IMG/VR virus record: IMGVR_UViG_3300037424_001651
Location: 11,548 to 75,547 of that record
Source: a virus
Taxonomy: Duplodnaviria; Caudoviricetes
DNA length: 64,000 bases
Reading direction: 5' to 3' (one strand)
The notes under the pieces are model-generated. The model ran no database searches, was not told the DNA's origin, and saw only the letters and a program-made list of their open reading frames with translations. Positions 18,384-28,755 of this stretch are shown here, piece after piece (within the stretch, counting starts at the first letter, position 1; every line of letters begins with the position of its first letter). Both the position numbers and the translations under genes were made by a program.

Positions 18384-20099
18384 TTGGTGGATACCCACAG
18401 TGTGGGGGATCTACGAACATACAGAAACCGGTTGTCGGATGTCAAGAATCCGTCTGGGGTTTTTTTATGGTCATGTCGTTTTTTTGTTGACGGCTTTGCA
18501 AAGGTCGTGGTACTAAGTTTTCTTGCGATGCGGAGGCGTCCAAATCGCAGGCAAGGTTGGTTGGAGGATGGTTTGGATTGGGTAAAGACTCGTCTTAGCC
18601 CACGGGAGCGGTCGCGCCTCGAAGGCGTACCCGGCGTCGTGGTTGGGGAAGGTTGGGACAAGGTACACCTTTCTCATTTCCCGTTGATCGAACGGGAACT
18701 CGGCACGGCCGCCGCGCCTGAGGATGTGCGTCTCAGACCGTATCAAGCGGAAGGCGTAGCATTCTTACTAGCGCGTGAGGGAGCACTCCTTGCTGACTCG
18801 TGCGGCCTTGGCAAAACCAGACAGGTGTTAGGGGCGACCCGGAAGTTTCCGGTTGTCGTGGTGGGACCGAAAATCGCAGTACGCGAGCGAGGGGTCTGGT
18901 TTGCCGAGGCGCGCGAGTTTTTTCCCGATGCTGAGTACGCCGCGTTGACGGGTCGTCAACAAGATCGTGCACTCCCCAAGGCCGACTTCTATTTACTTAA
19001 CTATGACATCCTTCATCATCGGTGGGGCCAGTTCCTTACGGATGGTATCGGTACACTGATCGTCGATGAGGCGCACAAAATCGGTAACCTCAAGACTCAG
19101 CGTTCTAGGGCAGTGCAGGCGTTATCAGGTTGCGCAGAAGTTGTGTACGCCGTGACAGCTACACCGATGCCGAATCGTCCCGCGAATTTGTATTCCTTAC
19201 TGCACTTGATCAATTCAGGTGCGTGGGGCGGGTTCTGGGACTTCGCTAAGCGCTATGCCGACGCTCGACCGAACTACTACGGAATGGAGGCCAAGGGCCT
19301 CTCGAACAAGGAAGAGCTGCGCGCACGCCTTCAGGCTGTGATGCTCCAGCGTTTCTGGTACGAGGTTTCTGATCAGGTTCCGTCAGTGGCGCGTGAGCGC
19401 ATGATCGTAGACCTCGATCCGAAAGCGCGTAGGCGCTATAAGCAGATCGAGGCCGACCTGCGACAAGCGGTGAAGCAGCGGACCAAGGCGGCTAAGCTTC
19501 AGCAGATCACTGCACTGCGTAAGTTCTGTGGGCTTGAGAAGGCCAAGGCTGTGGCCGAGTTCGTGATAGACCGCGTACCGGAAGAGTCGGTCGTCATTTG
19601 GATATGGCATCATGAAGTAGCCGACGAGATTGCTACCTTGCTTACAAAGCGAGGCATCGAGTCCGTGCAGGTGACGGGGGCCGAATCGGGCAAGGCCCGC
19701 GATGTTGCCATCGAGCGTTTCCAGACGAAGACAGTGCCCGTTATGCTGGCACAGTACGAGGCAGCAGGCGTCTCAGCCGATTTCACAGCCGCACGCCTTG
19801 CCGTCTTCTGTGAGTTGGACTGGCTCAACATCAATATTCAGCAGGCCGAGGGGCGCACATGGCGTTGGAAGCAGACTCGCGGCTGTTTGATGTACTACTT
19901 CATCGTCGAGGACTCCATCGAAGAGATGATCCTTGATTACTTATGGAAGAAGGCGTCGTTCACGGCCGATGCGCTCGGCGACGGAAGCCAGATCGACGTA
20001 CTCAGCCAGATTGACGAGCGGGCAAACGTGGACCCGCGTGGGGAGATCCTCGACATGATCGAGGAAATGGTTGCGAAGGGGTTGGATGTCGAAGCATGA
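18384..20099 (+). CDS. SNF2-family SF2 helicase (true start probably downstream of 18384)
   Basis: LRPYQ.EG, ADSCGLGKT, IVDEAH, TATPMPNR, QAEGR.WR..Q motifs. Confidence 0.9.
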   Translation: MVDTHSVGDLRTYRNRLSDVKNPSGVFLWSCRFFVDGFAKVVVLSFLAMRRRPNRRQGWLEDGLDWVKTRLSPRERSRLEGVPGVVVGEGWDKVHLSHFPLIERELGTAAAPEDVRLRPYQAEGVAFLLAREGALLADSCGLGKTRQVLGATRKFPVVVVGPKIAVRERGVWFAEAREFFPDAEYAALTGRQQDRALPKADFYLLNYDILHHRWGQFLTDGIGTLIVDEAHKIGNLKTQRSRAVQALSGCAEVVYAVTATPMPNRPANLYSLLHLINSGAWGGFWDFAKRYADARPNYYGMEAKGLSNKEELRARLQAVMLQRFWYEVSDQVPSVARERMIVDLDPKARRRYKQIEADLRQAVKQRTKAAKLQQITALRKFCGLEKAKAVAEFVIDRVPEESVVIWIWHHEVADEIATLLTKRGIESVQVTGAESGKARDVAIERFQTKTVPVMLAQYEAAGVSADFTAARLAVFCELDWLNINIQQAEGRTWRWKQTRGCLMYYFIVEDSIEEMILDYLWKKASFTADALGDGSQIDVLSQIDERANVDPRGEILDMIEEMVAKGLDVEA

Positions 20100-20125
20100 A
20101 CATTGTCCTGTGGGTGTGGTAAAGC

Positions 20126-21130
20126 GTGGGCGCGATGGACAGCGTGGCTGGAACTAGCGGCAAGCGTATCATCCTGGACAGCGAGTGGGACATAGCGCCC
20201 CTCGATGTGCTCATGGACGACTTGTTGGATTCCGACCGCCGTGGCGGCCCAACGCCGCATGGGTGGCACAAGTGGAATGATCTCTTACAGTGTCCGCGTA
20301 AGTACGATCTTCTCTACAACCAGAACCGTGCACCGATGGCGCGTAGCAACGCACTGGAGTTCGGAGGCCTTATTCACGAGTGCCTCGCACTCTACTATGA
20401 AGAAATCGATGCGTTCATGGCAGAGGTCGATAACACGCGAGCCGACCGGTTATACGCTGCGTTCTGCGACGAGCCGCGCTGGATCCGTTTGCTTACTGGT
20501 ATCCTTGATTCAGGCGTCGAGTCGTACATGGAGATAGCGCAAGACGTCAAACGCCTCATGGACGCTTACATCGGCTTCTATCCCATGCTCCAGGATCCGT
20601 TCTTGCAGCATGAGGTTGTCGCCGTCGAGGAGTTCGTGGAGGTCCAGGGGACCTTCCCCTTCACGTCACGCATCGATCTTGTCTACCGTACCGTGGGTGG
20701 TTTGTGGATCGTGGATCACAAGAGTTCGCGCGCGATGGGACAAGACTTGACCTCGGGCTGGGCGATCAACGGCCAGATGCTCGGCTTGGCTTATGCAGCC
20801 ACACATCACTGGCCCGACGAACCGATACTGGGCCTCATCATCAATGTCCTGGTGCGGACCAAGACGCCGCAGTTCAAGCGGGTAACGTTACCGTTGCGCC
20901 GGGATCTGATTGGTGAGTGGATTACGAAAATGGAGATTTGGTTGAACAGCATATTGCCGCAGTACGAAACGACGGGCTGGCCGCCGAATTATGCCTCATG
21001 CATACACCGTTACGGTCGTTGCCCCTTCTATTCGTATTGCGAAGCCGGGGAAGCTGATGCGTTGCTGGACGAGCCGCCACGACCGATGCTGGAAATCGAT
21101 ACTGACAACATCGACGACATCGAGGTGTAA
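20126..21130 (+). CDS. PD-(D/E)XK (RecB/Cas4-like) nuclease
   Basis: CPRKY, G...H, RIDL...IVDHKS and C-terminal C..YGRCPFYSYC. Confidence 0.85.
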   Translation: MGAMDSVAGTSGKRIILDSEWDIAPLDVLMDDLLDSDRRGGPTPHGWHKWNDLLQCPRKYDLLYNQNRAPMARSNALEFGGLIHECLALYYEEIDAFMAEVDNTRADRLYAAFCDEPRWIRLLTGILDSGVESYMEIAQDVKRLMDAYIGFYPMLQDPFLQHEVVAVEEFVEVQGTFPFTSRIDLVYRTVGGLWIVDHKSSRAMGQDLTSGWAINGQMLGLAYAATHHWPDEPILGLIINVLVRTKTPQFKRVTLPLRRDLIGEWITKMEIWLNSILPQYETTGWPPNYASCIHRYGRCPFYSYCEAGEADALLDEPPRPMLEIDTDNIDDIEV

Positions 21131-21133
21131 CGG

Positions 21134-21772
21134 ATGGATTGGAAAAAAGAACCGATTCTGTACGTGGATACTGAAACGACTGGTGTGAACCCGGAGGCGG
21201 ATCGCATCGTCGAGCTTGCAATGGCACTCATGATGGATGGTGACGTGCGCTGGTCGTACGTTACGCTCGTCAATCCCGAGATGCCTATCCCGGAGGGCGC
21301 AGCCGCGGTCCATAAGATCCACGACGAGGACGTGACCAACGCCCCAATCTTCGCCGAGATCATGGAGATGGTTGGCTTGTGCATGGACTATCGCATCTGC
21401 GGCGCGTACAACGCACCGTTCGACAAGAACATCATCAAGGGCGAGTTTCACCGGTGCGGTGTTGATTTCGAGAAGGACTTTTGGATCGACCCGCTTGTGG
21501 TGGCGAAGCACTTCGTTACCATGCGCGGACGCGGTGTCCATCGGTTGGATACCATGGCTTCCCGACTCGGCATCGATCTTGGTGACGCAGCACATACGGC
21601 CGCCGCAGATACCATCGCAGCCGGGAAGGTCATGCACTACTACGCAAACAAGCTCCCGGACGATCTCGACGCTTACGTGGAGTTGCAGAGTTTGTGGGCT
21701 GAACAACAGTGGTCTGAGTGGGTGGCTTATTGCGCACGTGCCGGGCGTAACCCAGGCAAGCGTTACCACTGA
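21134..21772 (+). CDS. DEDDh 3'-5' exonuclease (DnaQ/epsilon-like)
   Basis: VDTETTG, AYNAPFD and AHTAAAD motifs. Confidence 0.9.
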   Translation: MDWKKEPILYVDTETTGVNPEADRIVELAMALMMDGDVRWSYVTLVNPEMPIPEGAAAVHKIHDEDVTNAPIFAEIMEMVGLCMDYRICGAYNAPFDKNIIKGEFHRCGVDFEKDFWIDPLVVAKHFVTMRGRGVHRLDTMASRLGIDLGDAAHTAAADTIAAGKVMHYYANKLPDDLDAYVELQSLWAEQQWSEWVAYCARAGRNPGKRYH

Positions 21773-21783
21773 AGGAGAAGAAT

Positions 21784-22266
21784 ATGCACGACGCAACACT
21801 AGAACGCGTACAAAAGGTTGATCCTTTTATGGATGACGCCCTCATGCGCGCCGATCTGAAGACAATGTCGGTAAGCGCAGTGGGTGGCGGCTATGTGATC
21901 CTCAAGGCACTGGAAAAGGTGTTAAAGAGCCGCCTTGCTACGTTCAAAGAGGTACTCAAAACACAAGTCAAACCCGGCACGAAGCTGGACGAGTCGCTGT
22001 TTTACATCAACCACATCAAGGTGCAGGGCCAACCGGTCTTGTCCTTTGCCAAGGTGCGCGCGCTTCAAGTGAATTGCAAACTGCCGGAGGACAAAGTCTT
22101 CCTCGTTCCGCCTATCGAGCGCCGAACGGTCGACCTCGATTTTTTACGCGCCAACGTTCCTGCGGCGAAGCTGGATGCGTGCTACGAGACATCCGGCGAG
22201 ACAACACAAATACGGCAAGGTGCGAAGGGTGATCTGAAGAAGCGCCTTGCCGAAGTTATCCGGTAG
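21784..22266 (+). CDS. Hypothetical protein in the recombination module
   Basis: RBS AAGGAG; position between the exonuclease and the AAA ATPase. Confidence 0.6.
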   Translation: MHDATLERVQKVDPFMDDALMRADLKTMSVSAVGGGYVILKALEKVLKSRLATFKEVLKTQVKPGTKLDESLFYINHIKVQGQPVLSFAKVRALQVNCKLPEDKVFLVPPIERRTVDLDFLRANVPAAKLDACYETSGETTQIRQGAKGDLKKRLAEVIR

Positions 22267-23019
22267 GTGAATGTGGGCGCACAAGCAACACGGGGGCCGA
22301 TCCTTGACAACGTCTACAACACACGCGATATGACCATCAGTGTTATCCGCGGCTTGAGCTATGGCCGCACTGGTGTCGGCAAAACCTACTTCGGTGGGAC
22401 CTTCCCGCGACCCCTGTTTCTGAGTGCGCAGACCGAAGGTGGCATCGTCACCCTGCGTAACAAGGGTGTGGATGCTATTGACATCTATGACTCCACCGAT
22501 ATGCTCAATGCGCTGCAAGAACTGCGCGCGCTGGCGAATGTGGGCAAGCTGACGGATCGCTGGAGCACGCTGGTCATCGACTCCATCACTCTCTACTGCG
22601 AACAGTACATCAACGAGCTGGTGGAGCAAGTGCCGGGCAACCGCAAGATGATGCGGCGGGTAGACTGGGGTCAACTCGATAGCCACCTGCGCACCCTCAC
22701 GGTCATGGCACACGAGTTGCCCATGAACGTGTGGTGGATGGCGCTGGAGGACCACGAGAAGGACGGCGAGACTGGGAAGGTAGTTAGCGCGTACCCGATG
22801 CTGTACGGCAAACGGTCCGCGAAGATTCTGGCGAGCATGGATGTGGTCCTGTGGCACGAGATGGTCAAGACCGGGAAGAACCTGGACAATATCTACCGGT
22901 GTCACACCCAGCCGTATCTGTACTACGACGCAAAAGATCGTTTCGGTGCATTACCAAGTTCAATGGATAACCCAAGCTATCAGAAGATGGCGGATGCCAT
23001 TGGGCTGCAACAACCCTAA
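22267..23019 (+). CDS. AAA_24/Sak4-like ATPase (phage recombination)
   Basis: YGRTGVGKT, EGG, LVIDSIT and AKDRFG motifs. Confidence 0.8.
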   Translation: MNVGAQATRGPILDNVYNTRDMTISVIRGLSYGRTGVGKTYFGGTFPRPLFLSAQTEGGIVTLRNKGVDAIDIYDSTDMLNALQELRALANVGKLTDRWSTLVIDSITLYCEQYINELVEQVPGNRKMMRRVDWGQLDSHLRTLTVMAHELPMNVWWMALEDHEKDGETGKVVSAYPMLYGKRSAKILASMDVVLWHEMVKTGKNLDNIYRCHTQPYLYYDAKDRFGALPSSMDNPSYQKMADAIGLQQP

Positions 23020-23042
23020 CTCTGTACGAGGAGGTACGAGAG

Positions 23043-23624
23043 ATGCCGAAGATTGGACTAGACCTGACAACCGTGGACGCCGTCAGTGGCGGTGGCTTCG
23101 TCAACGAGATCCTGCCGCCTGAGCAGGGTCCGTACGTCTTGCGGGTCAAAGAAGCAGTCGAGCAAAAGAGCAAGGCCGGGAACCCCATGGCCGTGTTCGA
23201 CTTCGAGGTCGTGGAGAACCACGGCCAGGAAGCTGACGAGTTCGTGGACCACAGCGGGAAGACCTTCCGCCAGTGGTATCCGCTCATCCCCCGCCAGCCC
23301 ATGGTCGGCCGGATCAAGGCACTTGCAAATGCTTGCGATGTGCCGTACGATAGGCAGGGTCTGGACTTGGACGACTTTTTGGATGCGGTACTCGAATGCG
23401 ATTTGACGGTCGACACCAGCGGCGATGGCCGGGAGTACAACAGGATCGAGAATCCTCGGCTCCCCCCTGCGGCTGGCGGCGATGTGGGAGGGGACGACCC
23501 CGGTGAGGATGCGAATCCCCCAGCGGAGACTCCCGCAACCAGCTCACAAGCTCGGCGTGCACCGAGCCGTGGGCGGACGGCCACGACGCGTCAACCGAGT
23601 CCTCCGCGCCGGAACGTCCGGTAG
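23043..23624 (+). CDS. DUF669-like single-stranded DNA-binding protein
   Basis: P.GPY.LRV.....SKAGNPM..FDFEV pattern, low-complexity C-tail, located next to the Sak4-like gene. Confidence 0.7.
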   Translation: MPKIGLDLTTVDAVSGGGFVNEILPPEQGPYVLRVKEAVEQKSKAGNPMAVFDFEVVENHGQEADEFVDHSGKTFRQWYPLIPRQPMVGRIKALANACDVPYDRQGLDLDDFLDAVLECDLTVDTSGDGREYNRIENPRLPPAAGGDVGGDDPGEDANPPAETPATSSQARRAPSRGRTATTRQPSPPRRNVR

Positions 23625-23819
23625 GAAGAGCCACGTCTCCCGGTGGCGGCGAGCTTCGGCTTGTCCGTCGCGCGGGTTTTCGTGGAGGCAGGGTCAGGGA
23701 CAAGAACGGGGATTGCGCTTCGGCGCATAACCGGTCCCCCGGGTGACCGAGTCTTCAGCATGGCGGGCTGGAGGTGCTCGGTCACCTGCTCCACGTAATT
23801 CCGAACACGGGAGGATTAG

Positions 23820-24362
23820 GTGCGCATCGCATTTGATGTGGATGGCGTCCTGCGTGATCTGATGGCGGTCTACGCGCCGCACGTCGACCACAGTGTGGAC
23901 GAGATTACGACTTACGATTCCGCGCTGAACTTCGCAGGCGGATTGGACCAGTTCCTGGAGCTGCTGGACGGTCAGCGCTGCTGGACGCTGGCCAAACCGC
24001 ATCCGCACTTGCTCGGATTGTACAAGCACATCGAGGCCCACGGCCATACGATCCTCATCGCTACGGCCATCAGCACTGAGGCGGGGCGGCAAGGCACATT
24101 GGAGTGGCTTTGCAAGCACGATGTCAACTACGACGAGCTTCACTTCTGCGTAGATAAGCTCCAGGTCCGGTTTGACGCCATCATCGAGGATTACCCCAGC
24201 ATGGCCCTTGCGGCGGCACGCGCAGGCTGTGCGGCGTTCCTGGTCCACCGACCGTGGACCGCGAATGTGGAAATCAAGCATCCGAACTTGTTCAGGCTGC
24301 CGCCGGACGAGGCTGCGCTTGGTATGGTGATGGAGGTACTGGACGGGCGCAGCGGTAAGTAG
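23820..24362 (+). CDS. 5'(3')-deoxyribonucleotidase (HAD, NT5C-like)
   Basis: IAFDVDGVL, IATA, K....D..IED.P motifs. Confidence 0.85.
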   Translation: MRIAFDVDGVLRDLMAVYAPHVDHSVDEITTYDSALNFAGGLDQFLELLDGQRCWTLAKPHPHLLGLYKHIEAHGHTILIATAISTEAGRQGTLEWLCKHDVNYDELHFCVDKLQVRFDAIIEDYPSMALAAARAGCAAFLVHRPWTANVEIKHPNLFRLPPDEAALGMVMEVLDGRSGK

Positions 24363-24521
24363 TCCTTGCACGGCAAGGCGAACGGAGAACGATCTGTCCT
24401 GCACGGGTGCGGGTCACGATACCTCGCCTCCGTTCGCCTTGCGGCACAGGGACACTTGTCTCTGACCCTGCCTGTGGAGGTTACGGTAGTGGACGCACCA
24501 ACGAAGAAGATCCATCTTTCC

Positions 24522-24941
24522 ATGGAGCGTAAGGGGATCACACAACGCTTTCGGATTGGTAACCTTAAAGGTTACATGACAGTGAATGAGGCCATCATTG
24601 GCGGTAAGCCGATGCCCGGTGAGATCTTCATGTATGTGGCCAAGGAGGGTGGGACGCTGAGCGGTTTTGTGAATGCTACGGCACTGCTCATTTCCATGTG
24701 TTTGCAATACGGCGTTCCACTTGAGGTGTTGTGTACCAAGTTCATTGGGTCGCGGTTCGAGCCGCAAGGTTACGTGGAGAACTCGGAGGACATCAAGTAT
24801 GCCGAGTCGATGTTGGATTATACCTTTCGCTGGATGGCACTGCGCTATCTGGGTAAGGCGTGGCTCAAGAAGCTCGACCTTATTGAAGGACGGCGTCAGC
24901 CTGTAGGTGTGCCTATGGCGTGGGAGGATGACGAGGTGTGA
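24522..24941 (+). CDS. Stand-alone C-terminal (TSCPD) domain of class II ribonucleotide reductase
   Basis: GY.TV......PGEIF....KEG.TL.G......IS..LQYGVPLE....KF...RFEP.G......I..A.S..DY.FRW. Confidence 0.85.
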   Translation: MERKGITQRFRIGNLKGYMTVNEAIIGGKPMPGEIFMYVAKEGGTLSGFVNATALLISMCLQYGVPLEVLCTKFIGSRFEPQGYVENSEDIKYAESMLDYTFRWMALRYLGKAWLKKLDLIEGRRQPVGVPMAWEDDEV

Positions 24942-25309
24942 AGGTACACGTGAAGTGGCAGTTCGAGTGTGCGGCAAAGTTACCTGTTGATCCTGTGGGT
25001 CGCGGCCACAAGCAGGAAATCGAGTTGGCGGTTGTGCGCGGTCAAGATCCAAGGCTGGATGAAGTTGTGCAGCGTGGTCTGGGTAGGCGTGGGAAGCAGT
25101 GCTTGGCGCTGAACATGGCAGATGCTGTTTTTGGTAGGGGTCACCATGAGATTGTGTGCGGCTATTGCGGGGTGCCAGCTTTTCGCTTGTGGGTGTTTCC
25201 CTCGTCGCAAGCAGGTACATACACGGTTTTGTATCGGCAAGTCGAGAAGAGTTCTGACGTTGGCGTTGTAACTGTGGAGGTGGTAGATGCCGAGCCGGAC
25301 GAAGACTGA
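24938..25309 (+). CDS. Hypothetical protein
   Basis: GTGA overlap with the upstream stop; CGYCG motif. Confidence 0.5.
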   Translation: MKVHVKWQFECAAKLPVDPVGRGHKQEIELAVVRGQDPRLDEVVQRGLGRRGKQCLALNMADAVFGRGHHEIVCGYCGVPAFRLWVFPSSQAGTYTVLYRQVEKSSDVGVVTVEVVDAEPDED

Positions 25310-28300
25310 TTGGCGGGCGAAGAAGTCGGAGGCGTGTCAGGATTGTCCGCTTTGCGACGAACCGATGGTACGCGGTGAGGGCAAACTGGATGGGCTTGGC
25401 CTTGTCATTATGGGTGAGGCTCCGGCACGGGAAGAGGTACGACAGAGCCGTCCCTTTGTTGGTGAGACAGGTCAGAAGGTGCTCGATCCGTTGTTGGAGC
25501 AGCACTTGCCGCAGAACGGGTGTCCCATCTCGCGTGAGGGTGTGTACATCACTAATGCATTACTTTGCCCATTGAATAAGAGTACCGTTACCCCCAAGCA
25601 GATCGAGGCTGCTATTGCATGCTGCAATCAGCGCCGTGTGGAGGAGCGCGAACTTGTAGGGGCGAAGTTCATTATCGGCATGGGTGCGACTGCTGCACAG
25701 GCGCTCATTGGCGAAAAGACCGTCAAGACCTATCGCGGCGCAATCATGGATAGTCCATTCGGCCTGTGTTCAATCACGTATCACCCCACGTTCATCTTGC
25801 GTGGGAAGAAGACCGGTTCGCGCGTGCAGTCGGATGTGTACTATCAGGTGATTTTTCAAGATCTCGTCAACGCATATCGTATGGTTGATCCGACGGTGCC
25901 AGCCGACGAGCGCATGTTCCGTCCGGCGTACGACATCGCGCCGCCGATGGAAGATGTGTTGGGCTTTCTCGATTGGATCCGCGCGAACAAGAAGTTGTGC
26001 TGTGTCGACATCGAGTGCGATAGCATTGACCCACTGGCCGCGAACTTGACGATCATCGGGTTCGGGGCTGAGGTAGACGGTGTAGTCGTGTCGCATGCTG
26101 TTCCGGTCTGGGAAGGGTCCGGGTACACTACCGCTGAGCTTGAGGAGTTTTATGCCACCTTTGCGGCGCTGGAAGCCGATCCGGCAGTTCCGAAGCTGTT
26201 TCACAATTTCACTTACGACGTCACGGTCCTGGAGCGCCACGGTATGCCAACACGTGGCAAGGTCGAGGACACGCTCATTTTGCACTACTGTTTGTTCCCT
26301 GAACTCATGCACGATTTGCAGTCCGTGGCCACGTCTTATCTCAACATTGGTCCGTGGAAGGTGAACTTCCGTCGTCGGGAGAGTGCGCGCAGGAAGAAGT
26401 ACGAGGCGCTGGCGCAGTGGCAGGAGAAAGCGGAGGAAGCGTCCGTCACGTTCATGGAGTTTCGCAAGCATATCAAGGTCGTCGAGCCGCCCGGAAAGAA
26501 GCCGCTGGTGGGGAAAAAGTTGGCGGCGGCCTTTACGGGGCTGGGGCTGGATGAGATTGCGTTGGCCCGTTTCAAGAAGGCGCGTACAGCTCGTAAGCGT
26601 GCCGACAAGAAGCTGGTGCAACTTGAAGAGGAGATCAACAAGGAGTTCTACGACGAGGAAGGCCGGGACATCAACAGCATCGAGGAGCTGCATTACAATG
26701 CCCTGGACGTTGCATGTACGCTCGGTTCGTGGCTGGCGATGCAAGAGGTTGAGCGAGAAGACCTCGACAAGATCACTGGTGAGACGACGCTGAAGGAACC
26801 GAAGCTCTACGAGACGGATGTGGCTGTTGCCGACATCGCGCGGCAGATGCAACTACGGGGGTTGCCAGTCATCGGCGACGCACGTACGACCATGCAGACG
26901 AGCTTGCGCAAGCAGGTGGCGGAGCATGAGGTAGCTATTCAAGGCTTTTTGTGTGATGTCTTGGCCGCTGCTCAGCAGGCGAACCCTGAATGGTTCGATG
27001 GGCGCTTTGCTGATCCGAAGGCGTTGGAGGCCGAGATCAAGGCTGTGCGCGCGGCTGAAGAGGCTGCTTCGCAGCAACGCCGTGCAGATAAGGGTGGGAG
27101 CACTGTAGTGAAGGCTGTGGATTCGCGTGTGGAGGGCAATGCTACTGGGCCGCTTCCGATACTTAGCTTCGAGGCCGCGCAGTGGGATGAGCTGTCGATG
27201 CGGGATCGTAGTTGTGTACAGCTAGCTGCCATTTGTGCTGCCGGGGTCGTAGACCCGAAGAAGGCCTTCAAGATCATGAGTCCGGAGCATAAGTCGTTCT
27301 TGCTTGATGCGTATGAGGTGCCTGTAGACGAGCTGACAGCCAAGACCGGCCAACGTAAGATGGACAAGGACAATCTCGTCAAGTATAGGGGCGCGTACGA
27401 CGTAGTACGATCCATGCTAGATTACAGTACGGCGCACAAGCTCTTGCGCACGTTCGTGGAAGGCAAGAAGATCATTATCGGTGAAGACGGGCGCATTCAC
27501 CCGTCATGGAACTCCAAAGGCAGCACGAATCCCGAGGAGTACGGCACGGTTACTGGCCGTTGGGCCAGTACCCCGAACGTCCAGAACTGGCCCTACGAGA
27601 TGCGCGCCATGATTGGCTTTCGTGACGATGAAGACTGGACGCTGGTCGGTGCAGACTTCAGCCAATTGGAGTTTCGCATCCTTGCGTGGTTCGCTGGACA
27701 GACGGATCTGGTCATCGCCTTTAACGAAGGTCCGATCCTAACGCTGGACGGGGCTAACCCCGAGCATAACAAGCTACTGAAGGCTCGGAACGAAGAGAAG
27801 AAGAATCTCAAGGAGTGTCCCGAGGGCCTTGACGTGGACGGCTTGAAGCTGGGCGAGTTCAAGAACCTCATCCCAGATTCGCATCGTGATCTCTGGATGC
27901 AGCGCATCTTGCGCGTCGAGAAGAACGCTAAGGGCGAGATCTTTGTCGAGCGTGACATTCATTCTGCTACTGCCGTGAGCATCTTCGGAAACGAGTATAT
28001 CGACGCGCCCCTCAAAAAGTACAAGCTGTTGCGCAACCTCACCAAGCGTGCGACCTATGGTGGCATGTACGGTGGCAATGCAGATACGTTGTACAGCGCA
28101 TTGCATCGGGACTTCCCAGGCACAAGCAAAACGCAGTGTGAGTTGTTCTTGGAAAAGTTCGACCGGATCTGGCCGGATATTGTCTCGTGGCGCAAGGATT
28201 CACATGACCGGGCAACGAAGGATGGAGAGCTGCGCACGCCGCTACTCGGGCGCTGCCGTCTCTTCCCGCTGCACCGACCGGAAGCTACGGTCGCCTTCAA

Positions 28301-28568
28301 TTGGCCCATTCAAGCCACGGCCGGGGACATTATGAACACGAGCTTGCGCAGGCTCTATAACTACGTTCAGTCCCGGGACGACTTACGCGGCCGGGCCTAC
28401 CCGATCATTCAAGTACACGACGCTATCTACTGGGAAGTCCGTCAGGAGATCGCCGAGGAGTTCCGGGCCGTCGTCGAGGAGCAGATGTCTTGTTACCTGG
28501 AGCACGAGACGGTGTGGATGAACTTCCCGGTCGAGGCCAAGATCGGCAAGATCTGGAGCGAGACATGA
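25287..28568 (+). CDS. polA: Family A DNA polymerase with N-terminal family-4 uracil-DNA-glycosylase domain and 3'-5' exonuclease (SPO1-like architecture)
   Basis: UDG: CQDCPLC, GEAP, RPFVG, TYHP. Exo: VDIEC, HNFTYD, YNALD. Pol: TGRWAS.PNVQN, DFSQLEFR, KRATYGGMYG, QVHD. Confidence 0.95.
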   Translation: MPSRTKTDWRAKKSEACQDCPLCDEPMVRGEGKLDGLGLVIMGEAPAREEVRQSRPFVGETGQKVLDPLLEQHLPQNGCPISREGVYITNALLCPLNKSTVTPKQIEAAIACCNQRRVEERELVGAKFIIGMGATAAQALIGEKTVKTYRGAIMDSPFGLCSITYHPTFILRGKKTGSRVQSDVYYQVIFQDLVNAYRMVDPTVPADERMFRPAYDIAPPMEDVLGFLDWIRANKKLCCVDIECDSIDPLAANLTIIGFGAEVDGVVVSHAVPVWEGSGYTTAELEEFYATFAALEADPAVPKLFHNFTYDVTVLERHGMPTRGKVEDTLILHYCLFPELMHDLQSVATSYLNIGPWKVNFRRRESARRKKYEALAQWQEKAEEASVTFMEFRKHIKVVEPPGKKPLVGKKLAAAFTGLGLDEIALARFKKARTARKRADKKLVQLEEEINKEFYDEEGRDINSIEELHYNALDVACTLGSWLAMQEVEREDLDKITGETTLKEPKLYETDVAVADIARQMQLRGLPVIGDARTTMQTSLRKQVAEHEVAIQGFLCDVLAAAQQANPEWFDGRFADPKALEAEIKAVRAAEEAASQQRRADKGGSTVVKAVDSRVEGNATGPLPILSFEAAQWDELSMRDRSCVQLAAICAAGVVDPKKAFKIMSPEHKSFLLDAYEVPVDELTAKTGQRKMDKDNLVKYRGAYDVVRSMLDYSTAHKLLRTFVEGKKIIIGEDGRIHPSWNSKGSTNPEEYGTVTGRWASTPNVQNWPYEMRAMIGFRDDEDWTLVGADFSQLEFRILAWFAGQTDLVIAFNEGPILTLDGANPEHNKLLKARNEEKKNLKECPEGLDVDGLKLGEFKNLIPDSHRDLWMQRILRVEKNAKGEIFVERDIHSATAVSIFGNEYIDAPLKKYKLLRNLTKRATYGGMYGGNADTLYSALHRDFPGTSKTQCELFLEKFDRIWPDIVSWRKDSHDRATKDGELRTPLLGRCRLFPLHRPEATVAFNWPIQATAGDIMNTSLRRLYNYVQSRDDLRGRAYPIIQVHDAIYWEVRQEIAEEFRAVVEEQMSCYLEHETVWMNFPVEAKIGKIWSET

Positions 28569-28755
28569 GCGTTGGGCGCGTCGACAAGCCGTACTTTTGC
28601 ACCACGTGTGGGTTGGAGGTCCAGATTGCCGTGCAGTCGTTTCGCATCAGCGAGTTTGGCGGCACGATGCTTGCCGTCGTTCCGCCTAGTTCACAATCAG
28701 AGCTTCGTTGTCCGCGGGTGGATTGCCCGGGGCGCTTGAAACGTGACCATCGAGG

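Noticed and set aside
18044-18520. Replication origin in the divergent intergenic region
   Set aside because: Somewhat T-rich, but no iterons or DnaA boxes could be identified.
20126-21130. Cas4 as evidence for a CRISPR system
   Set aside because: It sits in a recombination module with DnaQ, Sak4-like and SSB genes; there is no cas1/cas2 or array.
26360-27950. Inteins in the DNA polymerase insertions
   Set aside because: No N-terminal Cys/Ser block, C-terminal His-Asn or LAGLIDADG motifs.
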